DNA of 63,792 nucleotides, filler included, from Octopus bimaculoides (Eukaryota): NCBI RefSeq assembly GCF_001194135.2. It is 6 parts of 5 records of this genome, joined end to end, with 100 filler letters (N's around TTAATTAATTAA, not from the genome) between each part and the next. Parts side by side here need not be neighbours in the genome. Positions count along the whole stretch, not along the records: positions 7,969 to 16,790 come from NC_068982.1; positions 16,891 to 43,287 come from NC_068992.1; 4 more parts are not named here. One strand, given 5' to 3'. A program made the translations under genes and the position numbers. The notes under the pieces are model-generated. The model ran no database searches. It was given only the letters and a program-made list of their open reading frames with translations, and had not been told where the DNA came from. Numbering within the stretch: the first letter of the stretch is position 1; every line of letters begins with the position of its first letter. Below, in pieces: positions 11,540 through 23,074 of this stretch.

Positions 11540-12450
11540 TTGAGATATTCCCAGACTGATCAGGCAGTTTTGGCTTTTACCATAACCTCTTCATTATGAT
11601 TGGCCTGACACAGCTGATTCCGGATGATGTTCATTCTCAGCATATATGTCTACACCATAGAAATCTATGGCTGATTTAGCGAATTGCTAATGTGTGTACA
11701 AATAATTTGTTTAGGCAGCAGTAAGCAAATGTATACCAACAACGAGAACTATAACTGTCATTAAATATGGCTGAAGATGTTGTAAACACCTACATTGCTA
11801 AAAATAAGAACTAAATGCTTTAATACTGCAGTCAAAGCACATAATTGTATACATACAGGGACCAAAAATGCCTGAAAAGCTATGATTGAGATATTCCCAG
11901 ATCGATCAGTCAGTTTCAGTTTTTGCCATAGACTCTTCAGTGTGATTGGCCCAACTTGGCTGATTCCAGATGACGATCACCCTCACATATATGTCTGTGG
12001 TTATAGTTCACCTTGTTGGTACATATTTGCTTACTGCTGCCTATATAAATTATTTGTATACACATTAGTGATTCACTAAATCATCCATAGATTTCTATGG
12101 TGTAAACATATATGCTGAGAGTGATCTTTGTCTGGGATCAGCTGAGTCGGGCTGATCCCATTGAAGAGGCTATGGTAAAAGCCAAAACTGACCAATCAGT
12201 CTGGTAATATCTTGACTGCAGCTTTTTGAGTGTTTATGCTCCCTGTGAGCATGTTTGTATACAGTTATGTGCTTTGACTGCAGCATTTCTAGCAATGCAG
12301 GTGTTTGGGTAGTTTATCCTGTTCAGGCTATATTATTAGCTTTATCATGCGATTGAGAATTTAAAATCACTTTTTTACCCATAGTCATATTTAATGATGG
12401 TTATAGTTCTCCTTGTTGGTACACATTTGCTTACTGCTCCCTATATAACT
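11540..12450. repeat. Fold-back array of a ~346-bp tandem unit (direct plus inverted copies)
   Basis: ttgagatattcccaga recurs at 11540 and 11886. 11997-12215 is the reverse complement of ~11540-11756, and 12216-12450 is the reverse complement of ~11706-11885. Confidence 0.85.
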
Positions 12451-12474
12451 TATATATATATGCACACACATATA

Positions 12475-12544
<70 letters not shown>

Positions 12545-12563
12545 GATAGAGAGAGAGAGAGAT

Positions 12564-12650
12564 AGATGTGGTATGCAAGAGAGACAACTGCGCTGGTATG
12601 GACATGTGCTATGTATGGATGAGGAGAGCTGTGTGAAGAAGTGTCTCTTA
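12564..12650 (+). mobile_element. RTE ORF C-terminal fragment in opposite orientation to 10789-11537
   Basis: Translates RCGMQERQLRWYGHVLCMDEESCVKKCLL (RTE RLRWYGHV.RM motif). Confidence 0.8.
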
Positions 12651-13700
12651 TTTATTAAAACAAAAGCAGGGGTTGAACAATTACAACAAGCTTCAACATA
12701 GTGTCCTTACTTTTCGATGCACTTCTTTCAGTGTTCAACAAGCTTGCTTATTCCAATGGAGAAGATTTTTTGGGCTGGTTGTGCAACAATCTCTGCTATG
12801 CTTCCTGCACTTCTTTGTCTATAACTAGCCAACAACCTTGTAAAAAATGTTTGAGTGGTCAAAGAGGAGATAGTCAGAACAGGTGAGATCAAGATTCTAT
12901 GCAGGATATTCCAGCAACTTGAAACCCAGTTTTTCATTGCTTTAAATGGTGTGGGCAGCCATATGTGGGCGTATATTGTTGTGCAACAACAACATTTGGT
13001 TTGGCAATAGAGCTTGATGTTTGGCGCAAATTGTTGGTTTCAGTTTGTTGGCCTGCATTTCCTATTAGCCTACACTGGTGATCTTTTCCAAGTAATTTTC
13101 CCTATATAGGCCCTGTAAGTTTAAGAAAAAAAAACCCCAAAAAAAAACCAGTTAGCCTCATTTTTCTGTGAAGGTTGAGTCCTGAATTTCATTTTTGTGG
13201 GTGATTCTGGGTGTTTCCACTCCATACTCTGCCTTTTGGATTCTGATTCAAAGTGATGGTCACAGATCCCATCTCCTGTGACTATTCTCTCCAAAAATGC
13301 TTTGCCTTCATCATTGTAGCAGTCAAGTAAACATTAACAGATCTCCACGCAGTTGAACTTATGTGCTTTGGTAAGTTCTCTTGGCACCCACCTCACATTG
13401 GTTCACCAGAACCCTCTCTTAAGTTTGTTGAATCTTCATGTTAGTGGTGCCGGGTGATGGGTATCCTGTTCCCTCTTCATGTTTCATGTTTGTCCAGTCA
13501 TTTTAAAGCTTTTCAACCTACTCATACATACTTGTATGTGGTAGAGCACTGTCCCCATAATGTACTGAAAACCTATGATGAATTTCAGCCTCTGACACGC
13601 CATCAGACGAGAGAAATCAGATCACAGATCTCTGTTCTTCCTTGTTGCACACTGCCAGCATAGCGCCCATATTTATTCCTTAACACAAAATGAAAACTGG
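12651..13700 (-). mobile_element. Mariner (DD34D-type) transposon with near full-length pseudogenised transposase
   Basis: ATG at 13670: MGAMLAVCNKEEQRSVI*FL..; RWVPRELTKAHK..FLERIVTGDG..HHFESESKRQSMEWKHPESP; LHNNIRPH..SDYLLF. Stops and frameshifts are present and the 3' TIR is missing. Confidence 0.88.
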
Positions 13701-13990
13701 AATGATCAAGGTCACACCTCTGTTGTGTAATCACAGGAGAATCACCTTTAGCATGTATGTGCTGAAGCAGAGTAGCCAACCTAAAGAAAGCTTAGAAGTT
13801 TGGAAAGACAGACAACCTGATTTTGTAAGCTATCTTCACAGCCCACCTGAGTTTGAGAATTCCTTTATTTTCTGTAGAATATCAACACTCTCAGCACTTT
13901 GTTTACAATATATAGATGCGTATACATGTGTGTGTGTGTGTGTGTGTGTGCGTGTGCGTGTATACACACATTATATATATATATATATAG

Positions 13991-14150
13991 CATCATCGTC
14001 ACCGTTTAACGTTCGTTTTCCATGCTGGCATGGGTTGGAGGCTGTACTATTAGAGCCTGGTGCAGCCTCCTGGCTTGCCAGTCCCCAGTCAAACCGTCCA
14101 ACCCACACCAGCGTGGAAAACAGACGTTAAACGATGATGATGATGATGAT
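13991..14150. mobile_element. Two back-to-back RTE 3' ends forming an inverted repeat
   Basis: Arm 13991-14039 is the reverse complement of arm 14097-14142; flanked by (AT)n on both sides. Confidence 0.8.
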
Positions 14151-14195
14151 ATATATATATATATATATATAAACATACATTTATATATATATATG

Positions 14196-14356
14196 CATGA
14201 TAGGCTTCCACACAGTTTCCGGCTACCAAATTCACTCAGAAGGCTTTGGTTGATCTGAGGCTGTAGTAGAAGTCACTTGCCTAAGCTACCATGAAATGGA
14301 ACTGAAGCCAAAACCACATGGTTGTAAGCAAAATGAGCTTCTTAACTTACTGCCAT
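14196..14356 (-). mobile_element. SINE family 1, 5' half, diverged
   Basis: Reverse complement similar to 5323-5482. Confidence 0.7.
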
Positions 14357-14390
14357 GGTGAATGTGCACATACACTTACACTTCTGTATG

Positions 14391-14440
<50 letters not shown>

Positions 14441-14807
14441 NNNNNNNNNNNNNNNNNNNNNNNNNNNNNNNNNNNNNNNNNNNNNNNNNNNNNNNNNNNN
14501 NNNNNNNNNNNNNNNNNNNNNNNNNNNNNNNNNNNNNNNNNNNNNNNNNNNNNNNNNNNNNNNNNNNNNNNNNNNNNNNNNNNNNNNNNNNNNNNNNNNN
14601 NNNNNNNNNNNNNNNNNNNNNNNNNNNNNNNNNNNNNNNNNNNNNNNNNNNNNNNNNNNNNNNNNNNNNNNNNNNNNNNNNNNNNNNNNNNNNNNNNNNN
14701 NNNNNNNNNNNNNNNNNNNNNNNNNNNNNNNNNNNNNNNNNAAAATTTAAAAATTAAACATCTATAAAGTCTAAAATTTTAAAAAATCTAAAATTTAAAA
14801 AATTAAA

Positions 14808-14895
14808 CATCTGACGATCGTTTCGCGGATATTAATATAATCACAATGTGATCAAAAGATCAGCATACTATCAGTAATTCCACTCTTCAGAGATG
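14808..14895 (-). ncRNA. Type I hammerhead ribozyme, canonical core, palindromic loop III (Penelope-type)
   Basis: Minus: CAUCU-CUGAAGA-GUGGA..49 nt..UCCGC-GAAAC-GAUC-GUC-AGAUG. Stem I is 5 bp, stem II is 5 bp, all core nucleotides are canonical and the cleavage triplet is GUC. Confidence 0.85.
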
Positions 14896-15221
14896 AATTA
14901 AGAACCAATGGTATATGTAATATTAATTAAAACATTAAAAATATTAAAAAATTAAAAACAATAAAGTATATACTGTCCTTCCAATAAATTGTAAAATTAA
15001 TCCTCCTGTAATTTGGAAAGTTCATTTATACGCATTTATATTCACATGTATCTTTATCTACATTCATATTTTTATACATATCTATATTTATATTTCGTAT
15101 ATTTTAAATTATAAATTTATTATATTACCATGTCATATTGGATATATATCTTTCGAAATATTAAATATTGATTTCCTGAGAATATTATTGATAAGTTTAT
15201 GAATTTATTAATAATATAAAA

Positions 15222-15257
<36 letters not shown>

Positions 15258-16736
15258 GCATATGTGTATGTGTATATACATACATACATACACACACGTG
15301 CATATGTGAGAATGTGTCTGCATGTATGTTAGTGTGTAGTTTAAACAGGTGTGTTTACATATGCTATACTATACAGGTGCTCAAATTTTTGCTAAGTTTT
15401 TTATTCACGATGTACATCATTCAAATGCTCACTGTGTATGTGTGAGTACATGCGTGCCCAGTGATACATACATGCATAGTTTCATGTGTACACATATACA
15501 AATACACACATATATGCATGCATGATATACACATTCTGAACTAGTGGTTTTATCTAGAATATTATATGACTATAATAATGACAATATATATTTTTTGTTT
15601 CTTGTGACAGCTTGTTTTGAAAAAAATTAGTCATTTATTAATTTAACAAGGTTGTACATGTTATTGTGTTTCAGGTCTATGAGATAGAATGAGAAGTAAA
15701 CTTTCATCATGCTGAGATTGCTACCAGGTTTCAAATCCCAGTCTAATCCCCAGTTTAGTTCACTCAAAATTTTTAATTCCCTTGAGAAAAATATGAATGC
15801 TGTTACTACATCATCTAGTCCCTTCTTTATTGAATTGTAGATCAATGGGTGTGTAAGACATGACTGTCTGCTCTCATGCAGATTTAAGGAAATGAAGAAT
15901 AAAAAGCATACAATATAATATACTCTGATATGAGAAGATCCTATTTCTCTATAGCAAAGTAGAGAGATCCGCTTTGTTGATTTCCAATTAATCTATACAG
16001 TGTCCTTCCCATATGTACACAATATGGCCTCACTCTCTCAATCATTGAACAAAAAAGTAAATAAATTCACCTAGACAGGATTTGATAACTGTGTTGATAG
16101 GCTGACAAACCACCACCTTAAATATTGACAATTCATTTCCTTGTCACCTTTACTACAGTCTTTGTGTGGCCATAAGCCTGATGATAAATTAAAATTAAGA
16201 GTTTGAACAACTTATTGCTGTAAATAGATGTAATACTGTAAAACTTTTGAGTGTTTTGTTGTCATCTAATGCTGATTTTAATTTAGATTTAAATTTGTAT
16301 TTTGCTTAGAAAGAGGGGCAACTTCTGTCAAGCTGACTGTCTCCAGATGCACAACAGAAAGAGAGATTTTTCATTTATGCTTCTTGGACTCCATATGCTA
16401 GAGTATTTACAATCATGACAGACAATAAAATGGCAGATTAAATGTTTTGCAGAGTATTCATTTGTCTGTCCTTATTTCTTTATTCAGTTCCAGCTGATAC
16501 TGATATTGTTTTTCATCTCACAGTACTCAATACTATAATGTTTTAACAGTCATTTTATGGTAAGTCTGTATAAACAGAAGGTGTCCATTTAAAAGGAGCA
16601 ATACAGAAGCCATTGCTAAAGTTAGCCTTGAAACGTTGATAAAGATGAATTTAGAAACATTATTATGCAAATATTGAGAACTTTAAGAAAAAAAGGTGAA
16701 ATAAGAACATTAATTTTTTTCCAGATAATATATATG

Positions 16737-16790
<54 letters not shown>

Positions 16791-16890
16791 NNNNNNNNNN
16801 NNNNNNNNNNNNNNNNNNNNNNNNNNNNNNNNNNTTAATTAATTAANNNNNNNNNNNNNNNNNNNNNNNNNNNNNNNNNNNNNNNNNNNN
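16791..16890. other. Artificial scaffold spacer 44N-TTAATTAATTAA-44N
   Basis: Direct reading. Confidence 0.95.
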
Positions 16891-16930
16891 TATATATATA
16901 TATATATATATATACATATAGGTAGGTAGG

Positions 16931-16980
<50 letters not shown>

Positions 16981-17102
16981 TTAAAGTTAATTTGCTAGCG
17001 TACGGTGGCTGTCCTACATAGAAGTACGTTACTACCATTTAACCCCAGGAAAGCACCTTTTCCAGTTGGTTATTGACACACGATCTGTGTCTGGAAATAT
17101 AT

Positions 17103-17224
17103 TGTGAGCAAGTGAGTGTATTACTCCCCTCTAGCTATTAGCAGTACCAGCAGACCAATGGTTTAAGGATTATTTCTCGTCCACGGCACTGGCTAGAGAT
17201 GGCAGTCGCTCGACCTTACTCACA
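17103..17224. mobile_element. Small TGT...ACA fold-back element flanked by ATATAT (MITE-like)
   Basis: tgtgagcaag (17103) and cttactcaca (ending 17224) are inverted, there is an inner ctctagc/gctagag pair, and ATATAT lies on both sides. Confidence 0.55.
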
Positions 17225-17371
17225 ATATATAAACAGAGAAGTGACAGACATTCATTGATTTCGTATGGAGCAAAACAGCTAGTTTTAAAATCTCTAAATG
17301 TGACTGTGGGCCACGTAGTGACGATACCGTACAGTAAAGTTTATTTGCCAAATCTGCGCATACTTACATAC

Positions 17372-17743
17372 ATACTCGGTTACGACGACGAGGGTTTCAG
17401 TTGATCTGATCATCGGAACAGCCTGCTCGTGAAATTAACGTGCAAGTGGCTAAGCACTCCACAGATACGCGTACCCTTAACGTAATTCCCGCGGAGATTC
17501 AGCGTGACACAGGGTGTGACAAGGGTGGCCCTTTGAAATACAAGTACAACAGAAACAGGAAGAAAGAGTGAGAGAAAGTTGTGGGGAATGAGTACAGCAG
17601 GGTTCGCTACCATGCCCTGCAGGAGCCTCGTGGAACGTTAGGTGTTTTCGCTCAATAAACACTCACAATGCCCGGTCTGGGAATCGAAACCGCGATCTTC
17701 CGACCGCGCGTGCGCTGCCCTAACCACTGGGCCATTGCGCCTT
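17372..17743 (-). mobile_element. tRNA-derived SINE (family 3: head A plus tail module X)
   Basis: Head ggcgcaatggcccagtggttagggc..ggtttcgattccc (A/B-box-like) is shared with 47747. The 3' module is shared with 19820-20132 and 58600. Confidence 0.85.
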
Positions 17744-18699
17744 CACAATGTAATGTTATATACATACGAAAAAGCAAAAGTTTCCAAAGGCAACACCTAC
17801 ACTCCTATCAAGAGGAATGGTTCATTTAACGCTGATTCCGTTTAAATCTGTATCAATTTTTGCTTCCTAATACCCAGGCTGCTACTCGATGTCTCCTCAA
17901 TTGTTATTTCGTTTCTGTGTTGCGGTTATTTTTCTTGTACTTTTAATTTGAACAAAAATAAATTGTGAATTATTAGAGTCCCATTTTGTATCGGCTTTCA
18001 TGAATGCTACCATTTTGTCTCCATTTAATTCTCTATCCTTTCTCAACGGAAAAAAAAAAACATTGTTTTCTCATATTTCCGTTAATCATATTAATATCAT
18101 TTTTGCTCAATATTTCATTATTTATCTGTTTGGTTGATAGAGTTAGTTGGCGGATAACATTAGATTGATTTTATTTTTCCTTTTTTTTTTTTTTTTTGAG
18201 AGGGATGTGTGCTTGTTTTCGTGTCATTTTTGTTTTTGTTTGTTTTGTTGTTGTTCTTTTTTCCTCTTGGTATTGGTTGCAGATTCAACAATAAATCATT
18301 GGTCAAATCTATTCTGGTGCTAGCCGATATTAAGTAACTAATTAGAACTATTAACAACAGCGTATTGTACAGTCTGGGATATATATTTGTGTTTGTCATT
18401 GTATATCACTGTCTGTGTATGTGTCTATATAACGGCTATTTCAATGTAATATTGTGTTTGTATGTGTGTGTATGCGTTCGTGTGTGTAGATGCTTGTATA
18501 TGTGTATGTGCGTATGTGCATTTCTGTGTATGTGTCTGTGGATGTGTGCATGCTTGTGTGTCTGTGCGTGTATGTCAGTGTGTGTGTGCTTGTGTGCTAG
18601 AGTGTGTGTCTTCAAATTTTGTTTGGTTAAATGAACCGAGTGACTGGATATGACAATACACGTTCTTCAGATCGAACAACAGACACAAATACTGCTTTA

Positions 18700-18981
18700 T
18701 TATTACTGCTGTTGTTGTTGTTGTTGTTGTTGATATTGTGACTGTTCTTAATATTTATCATCATCATCATCATCGTCATCATTATCATTATCTTCAGCAT
18801 TGTCATTGCAACAGAAACCAATAATTTGCAAATAGAAAACGTTTTGAGGAGAAAGAGCAGAAGGATCATAATGAGGAGGAGGAGGAGGAGGAGGAGGAGG
18901 AGGAGAGGGAACGGGAGGAAGCGGAACGGGAGGAGGAGGAACGGGAGACAGAGGAACGGGAGGAAGAGGAGGAGGAGGAAT

Positions 18982-19013
<32 letters not shown>

Positions 19014-19183
19014 GGAAGAGGAGGAAGAGGAGGAAGAGGAGGAGGAGGAAGGCGTGGAAGGGGAAAGAAGAGTAGGAAATCGACGCCGACAAAAACGAAT
19101 ATGATGCCGACAGCGATGATGACCACGAGTATTTTGAAGACATTATTTCGTTTTGTTATTATCCTTTGTCTACTGGTTCTTCT

Positions 19184-19214
<31 letters not shown>

Positions 19215-19250
19215 CATCATCATATTATTATTAGTATTATTATTACCCTC
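18700..19250. repeat. Compound triplet microsatellites (GTT)n, (CAT)n, (GAG/GGA)n polypurine tract
   Basis: Direct reading; explains ORFs 18748, 18826, 18866 and 19101. Confidence 0.95.
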
Positions 19251-19819
19251 TTCATCTCGGTTAGTCTTGTCGTTGTTGTTCTAGTTATTAATAAAGAACG
19301 AATTCTGCTACATTATAAAAGGTCAAAAAGTTTAAATCATAAATTTCTTCGCATGTCAGAAATGTATTCCATATATGAGTTATGAAGCATGTGTCTCGAT
19401 GTCCTATATTGTGTTATTTTCATGAAAATTAAATCCGACGCTGTTTAATATATTTGCTTTCTGTTTGTGCGCATTTTTTTTTGTTTTTGATTTAGTTTTG
19501 TTTTTTGTGTCTTGTGTTTTTTTTTTTTAGTGCTTATTTGTTTCTTTTGCTGTTTGAGGGTCATTTCATTTCAGCTAAAACATGGCGGAAAAAACACAGT
19601 TAATTTTCATTTCTGATTATATTCATTAATTGTTTTTGCTTTTGTTATTGTGAAATTATCACTTATCACTATTATCCAACCGTGAACAAGTTTTAGTCAG
19701 ATTAGTCGGCTAGCTGTTGAAGATATTGAATTATGGATGTGTTATTTCCATACAAAATGGCAGCTAGTGGAATGGTTACAAGAAGAACTCCACACAGTCA
19801 CTCGCTACATAGAACAGTA

Positions 19820-20132
19820 AAGGCGCGTGGCATAGTGGTTAGGGCATTCTGCTTACAACCGTAAGGCCATGAGTTCGGTTCCCGGTAGCGTGTTCTGTCC
19901 TTGAGCAAGACACTTTATTTTAGATTGCTCTAGTACGCTCCGCTGACAAAAATAAATAGTACCTGTAATTCAAAGGGTCGTACTTGCTCCATTTTTTTGT
20001 CAAGCTGAATCTCCCTGAGAACTCGGGGTACTCCGTCGGTTAAGACGACGAAGGTTCCAGTTGATCCGATCAACGGAACAGCCTGCTCGTGAAATTAACG
20101 TGCAAGTGGCTGAGCACTCCACAGAGACTGTA
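19820..20132 (+). mobile_element. tRNA-derived SINE (head B plus tail X) with inverted 3' segment
   Basis: tRNA head ggcgcgtggcatagtggttaggg..gagttcggttccc. After ..gaatctccctgagaact (20023) the remaining tail module is in reverse orientation relative to the 17372 copy. Confidence 0.8.
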
Positions 20133-21105
20133 TCAATTGTCATATGTATGTTTTATTTCCCTTCCTGTTTCCCTTTGTGCATTAGTATCTTGTGGTCATT
20201 TCAAGTTCATGTTACTTTAGGTAAGAAGTGTACCCCCAAAAGTGATAGTCAATATAGTGGTTGTTGATCCAAAATAGTCTGCTCTGCAAAGTAATATTAT
20301 TGTAACTCCGAAGTTTTCTAACATAGCCATGCATAGGTGTTTTGTATCTAATGTTTTGTATCTAATTGAAATCGTTTAAAAACTGTGATCAGAGTATATC
20401 ACGGTACTACAAGAACAGAATTATTAGAGAAAATTTATAACCATTCAGCAATCACCAATAAATCTAAGCTTATATGTACCTGTACGCACGTATGTATGCA
20501 TGCATGCATGTATATATATATGTATGTATGTGTGTATGTATGTGTGTGCACATATGTATGTACATATGTATGGTCATGGATCATGATTTTAGCAGTCTTT
20601 TCAGAGACCAGATACGGCTAAACCATTGACACTGTTAGTAATTATGCTTTTTGGTAGTTAGGTTCACTAAGTAGCATTGCATATTTCTTCTCACTGAACG
20701 TAACTGACCGACACGATTCATTAATACTGAAATGTGAAAAGTCAGGATATTATACATCACAGTGTATTCAGTGTATTCATGTAGTAATAGATTGAAGGAT
20801 TTTGTCTTAATGTAAACGCTTTGTAGGTCTACATTCGGTTGAAATAGTCACTAAATTTTCGTTTGGAAATTCCAGAACCTGGAACCTCTAATCCCTGTTT
20901 TCAATTGTGTCATTTCGTATGAGGTCGTAATCCATGTGTCATCTATATTTTATGTTTCCGTACTTGTTTAATCCTTCAGTATTTCTTTATGTAAAAGCAG
21001 CTTTTTCATATGTCCAAGGACTTGAACAAGGTCGTATTAATGAGAAATGTTTTAGAGGCTTGCATTTACACATCTATGTAAGATTAAATCTAAGCATTTA
21101 TTGAT

Positions 21106-21809
21106 ATACATGTGCGGTAAAATCAAACATTAATCGCACTTTCCCCATAACATATCTTTATTCTTGTCACACTGCCTTCTGCGCATGTGTGCTTATAGTT
21201 GGTACTATTCTGGTCACGGAATCGAAGTTTGAGCCTGATCACGCCATTTTCTTTCTGGCTTTACAGTGAAAACATGGCCGCTCCACTACCAATCTGCGCC
21301 AAATAAGAACAAAAAGCCATGATCCAGTTTCTCTGGAAAATAAACTGAAGCCAGCAATTCTCTGGAAAATAAACTGAAGCCAGCAATTCGCACCAGACGC
21401 CGAATACTATTGTCGAAGAAACTTTTCTTGTTGCATGACAATGCACGCCCACACACATCCGCCCAAATCGTTGAAACCATTAACCACTTGAGTTTTGAGG
21501 TGCTGGAACACCCTGCCTACAGCTCCGATCTTTCCTCTTCCGCCTATCATATCTTTGGACTGCTCAAAGATGGTTTATGAGATCGTCGATTTCGTCCAGA
21601 TAAGGATATCAAGGAAGCGGTGCATAAATAGTTGCATGACCAACCAAAAACTTTCTTCTTCGAGGGAATATGCTAACGTGTGGACTGCTGGACCAAGTGA
21701 ATCGATAAGGAAGGAGACTATATAGAAAAATGACGTACTTGTTTATCCCCTGATTTTGTGTAAATACATTGAAAAAACAAGAGTGTGTATAATTTTGTAC
21801 TTTCCCTCG
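21106..21809 (+). mobile_element. Internally deleted mariner, probably related to the 12651-13700 family
   Basis: MAAPLPICAK*EQKAMIQFLW is joined to KLKPAIRTRRRILLSKKLFLLHDNARPH..LEHPAYSSDLSSSAYHIF..DYIEK*. It ends ..tttccctcg|TA; the left end is approximate. Confidence 0.85.
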
Positions 21810-22514
21810 TATGTATATGCCAGTACAGGACGTGCATCGTTCCTTGATTTATAAGTAATGTATAAGGTGCATGAATACTTATTTCAACAAAGTATTCGTG
21901 ATGCATATATCCATATGTAATGTATATCCTTTGCACAAAGCTAAGCATCTTTAATATCCGTATGAATTCTACAAGTGACATGTGGATATTGTTAAATATA
22001 TTTATGTTGCATGCGTATGTGGCAATCATCTAATAAGAATTGGAAATCGTTAAATACATCCTTTTGTCTTCATTGTAGTTATTGGTAAACAGATTTTAGA
22101 GAATGGTCGTTCGTCATTCATATTCAGAGACAAGTTGTCTGCTATAAGCTGATAAACTACCAACTGGAATACATCACGAAAAAATTATTTGATGAAAGAA
22201 AATTTCGTTTTACTGATAAGAATGTTATTTACAACTCTAAAATTCAAAGACGTCGCCAAAGAAGACTGTTAGCTACAAAGACTTGAATGGGTTGATACGC
22301 TTTCCAAACATTGAGTGCAAAATGAGAAATCCAATAAAAATTCTAAACCTTACATTGGAACCAATGATATACTACCGTATCCAGAGAAACGATCGGCAAT
22401 CCCCTCTTTATTTTATATAACAGTTACTTTTAAGGCTAATAATTGATGCTATAACACGACATAACGGGTCGACGGAAACTCTTTTGATTGAATCTTTTAT
22501 CTACTGGGGCTATA

Positions 22515-22900
<386 letters not shown>

Positions 22901-23036
22901 GGGATCACCAATACTATATTATCTCCCCTTCTTTCTACTTCCCCTGGCAAACCTTTTTTTTTTCCAACCAGTCGACATGCTTGACCGCTAAAACCACAAG
23001 TCTTTTTTATTCTCTCTCTGTTTATTATATCTTATT

Positions 23037-23074
23037 CTTTTCTGTTGAAGAGCGCAGGCTCGAAGCGTAAAAGG
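23037..23074 (+). ncRNA. Minimal hammerhead-like motif (U6 variant, also GAAA->GAAG) within a Penelope-type terminal fragment 23030-23155
   Basis: CUUUU-CUGUUGA-A-GAGC-GCAG-GCUC-GAAGC-GUA-AAAGG; homologous to 47389-47425 and running into (TA). Confidence 0.6.

Noticed and set aside
15674-15855. Possible exon with short ORF MLRLLPGF..FIEL*
   Set aside because: 43 codons with no recognisable homology; splice-like motifs are common by chance.
16488-16559. Exon-like segment (polypyrimidine-cag ... atg|gtaagt)
   Set aside because: All three frames contain stops and there is no partner exon; at most a non-coding exon, unsupported without RNA data.
18748-19385. ORFs with poly-E/R/P/S/H runs
   Set aside because: They are translations of (GAG)n/(CAT)n microsatellites, with no domain or splice context.
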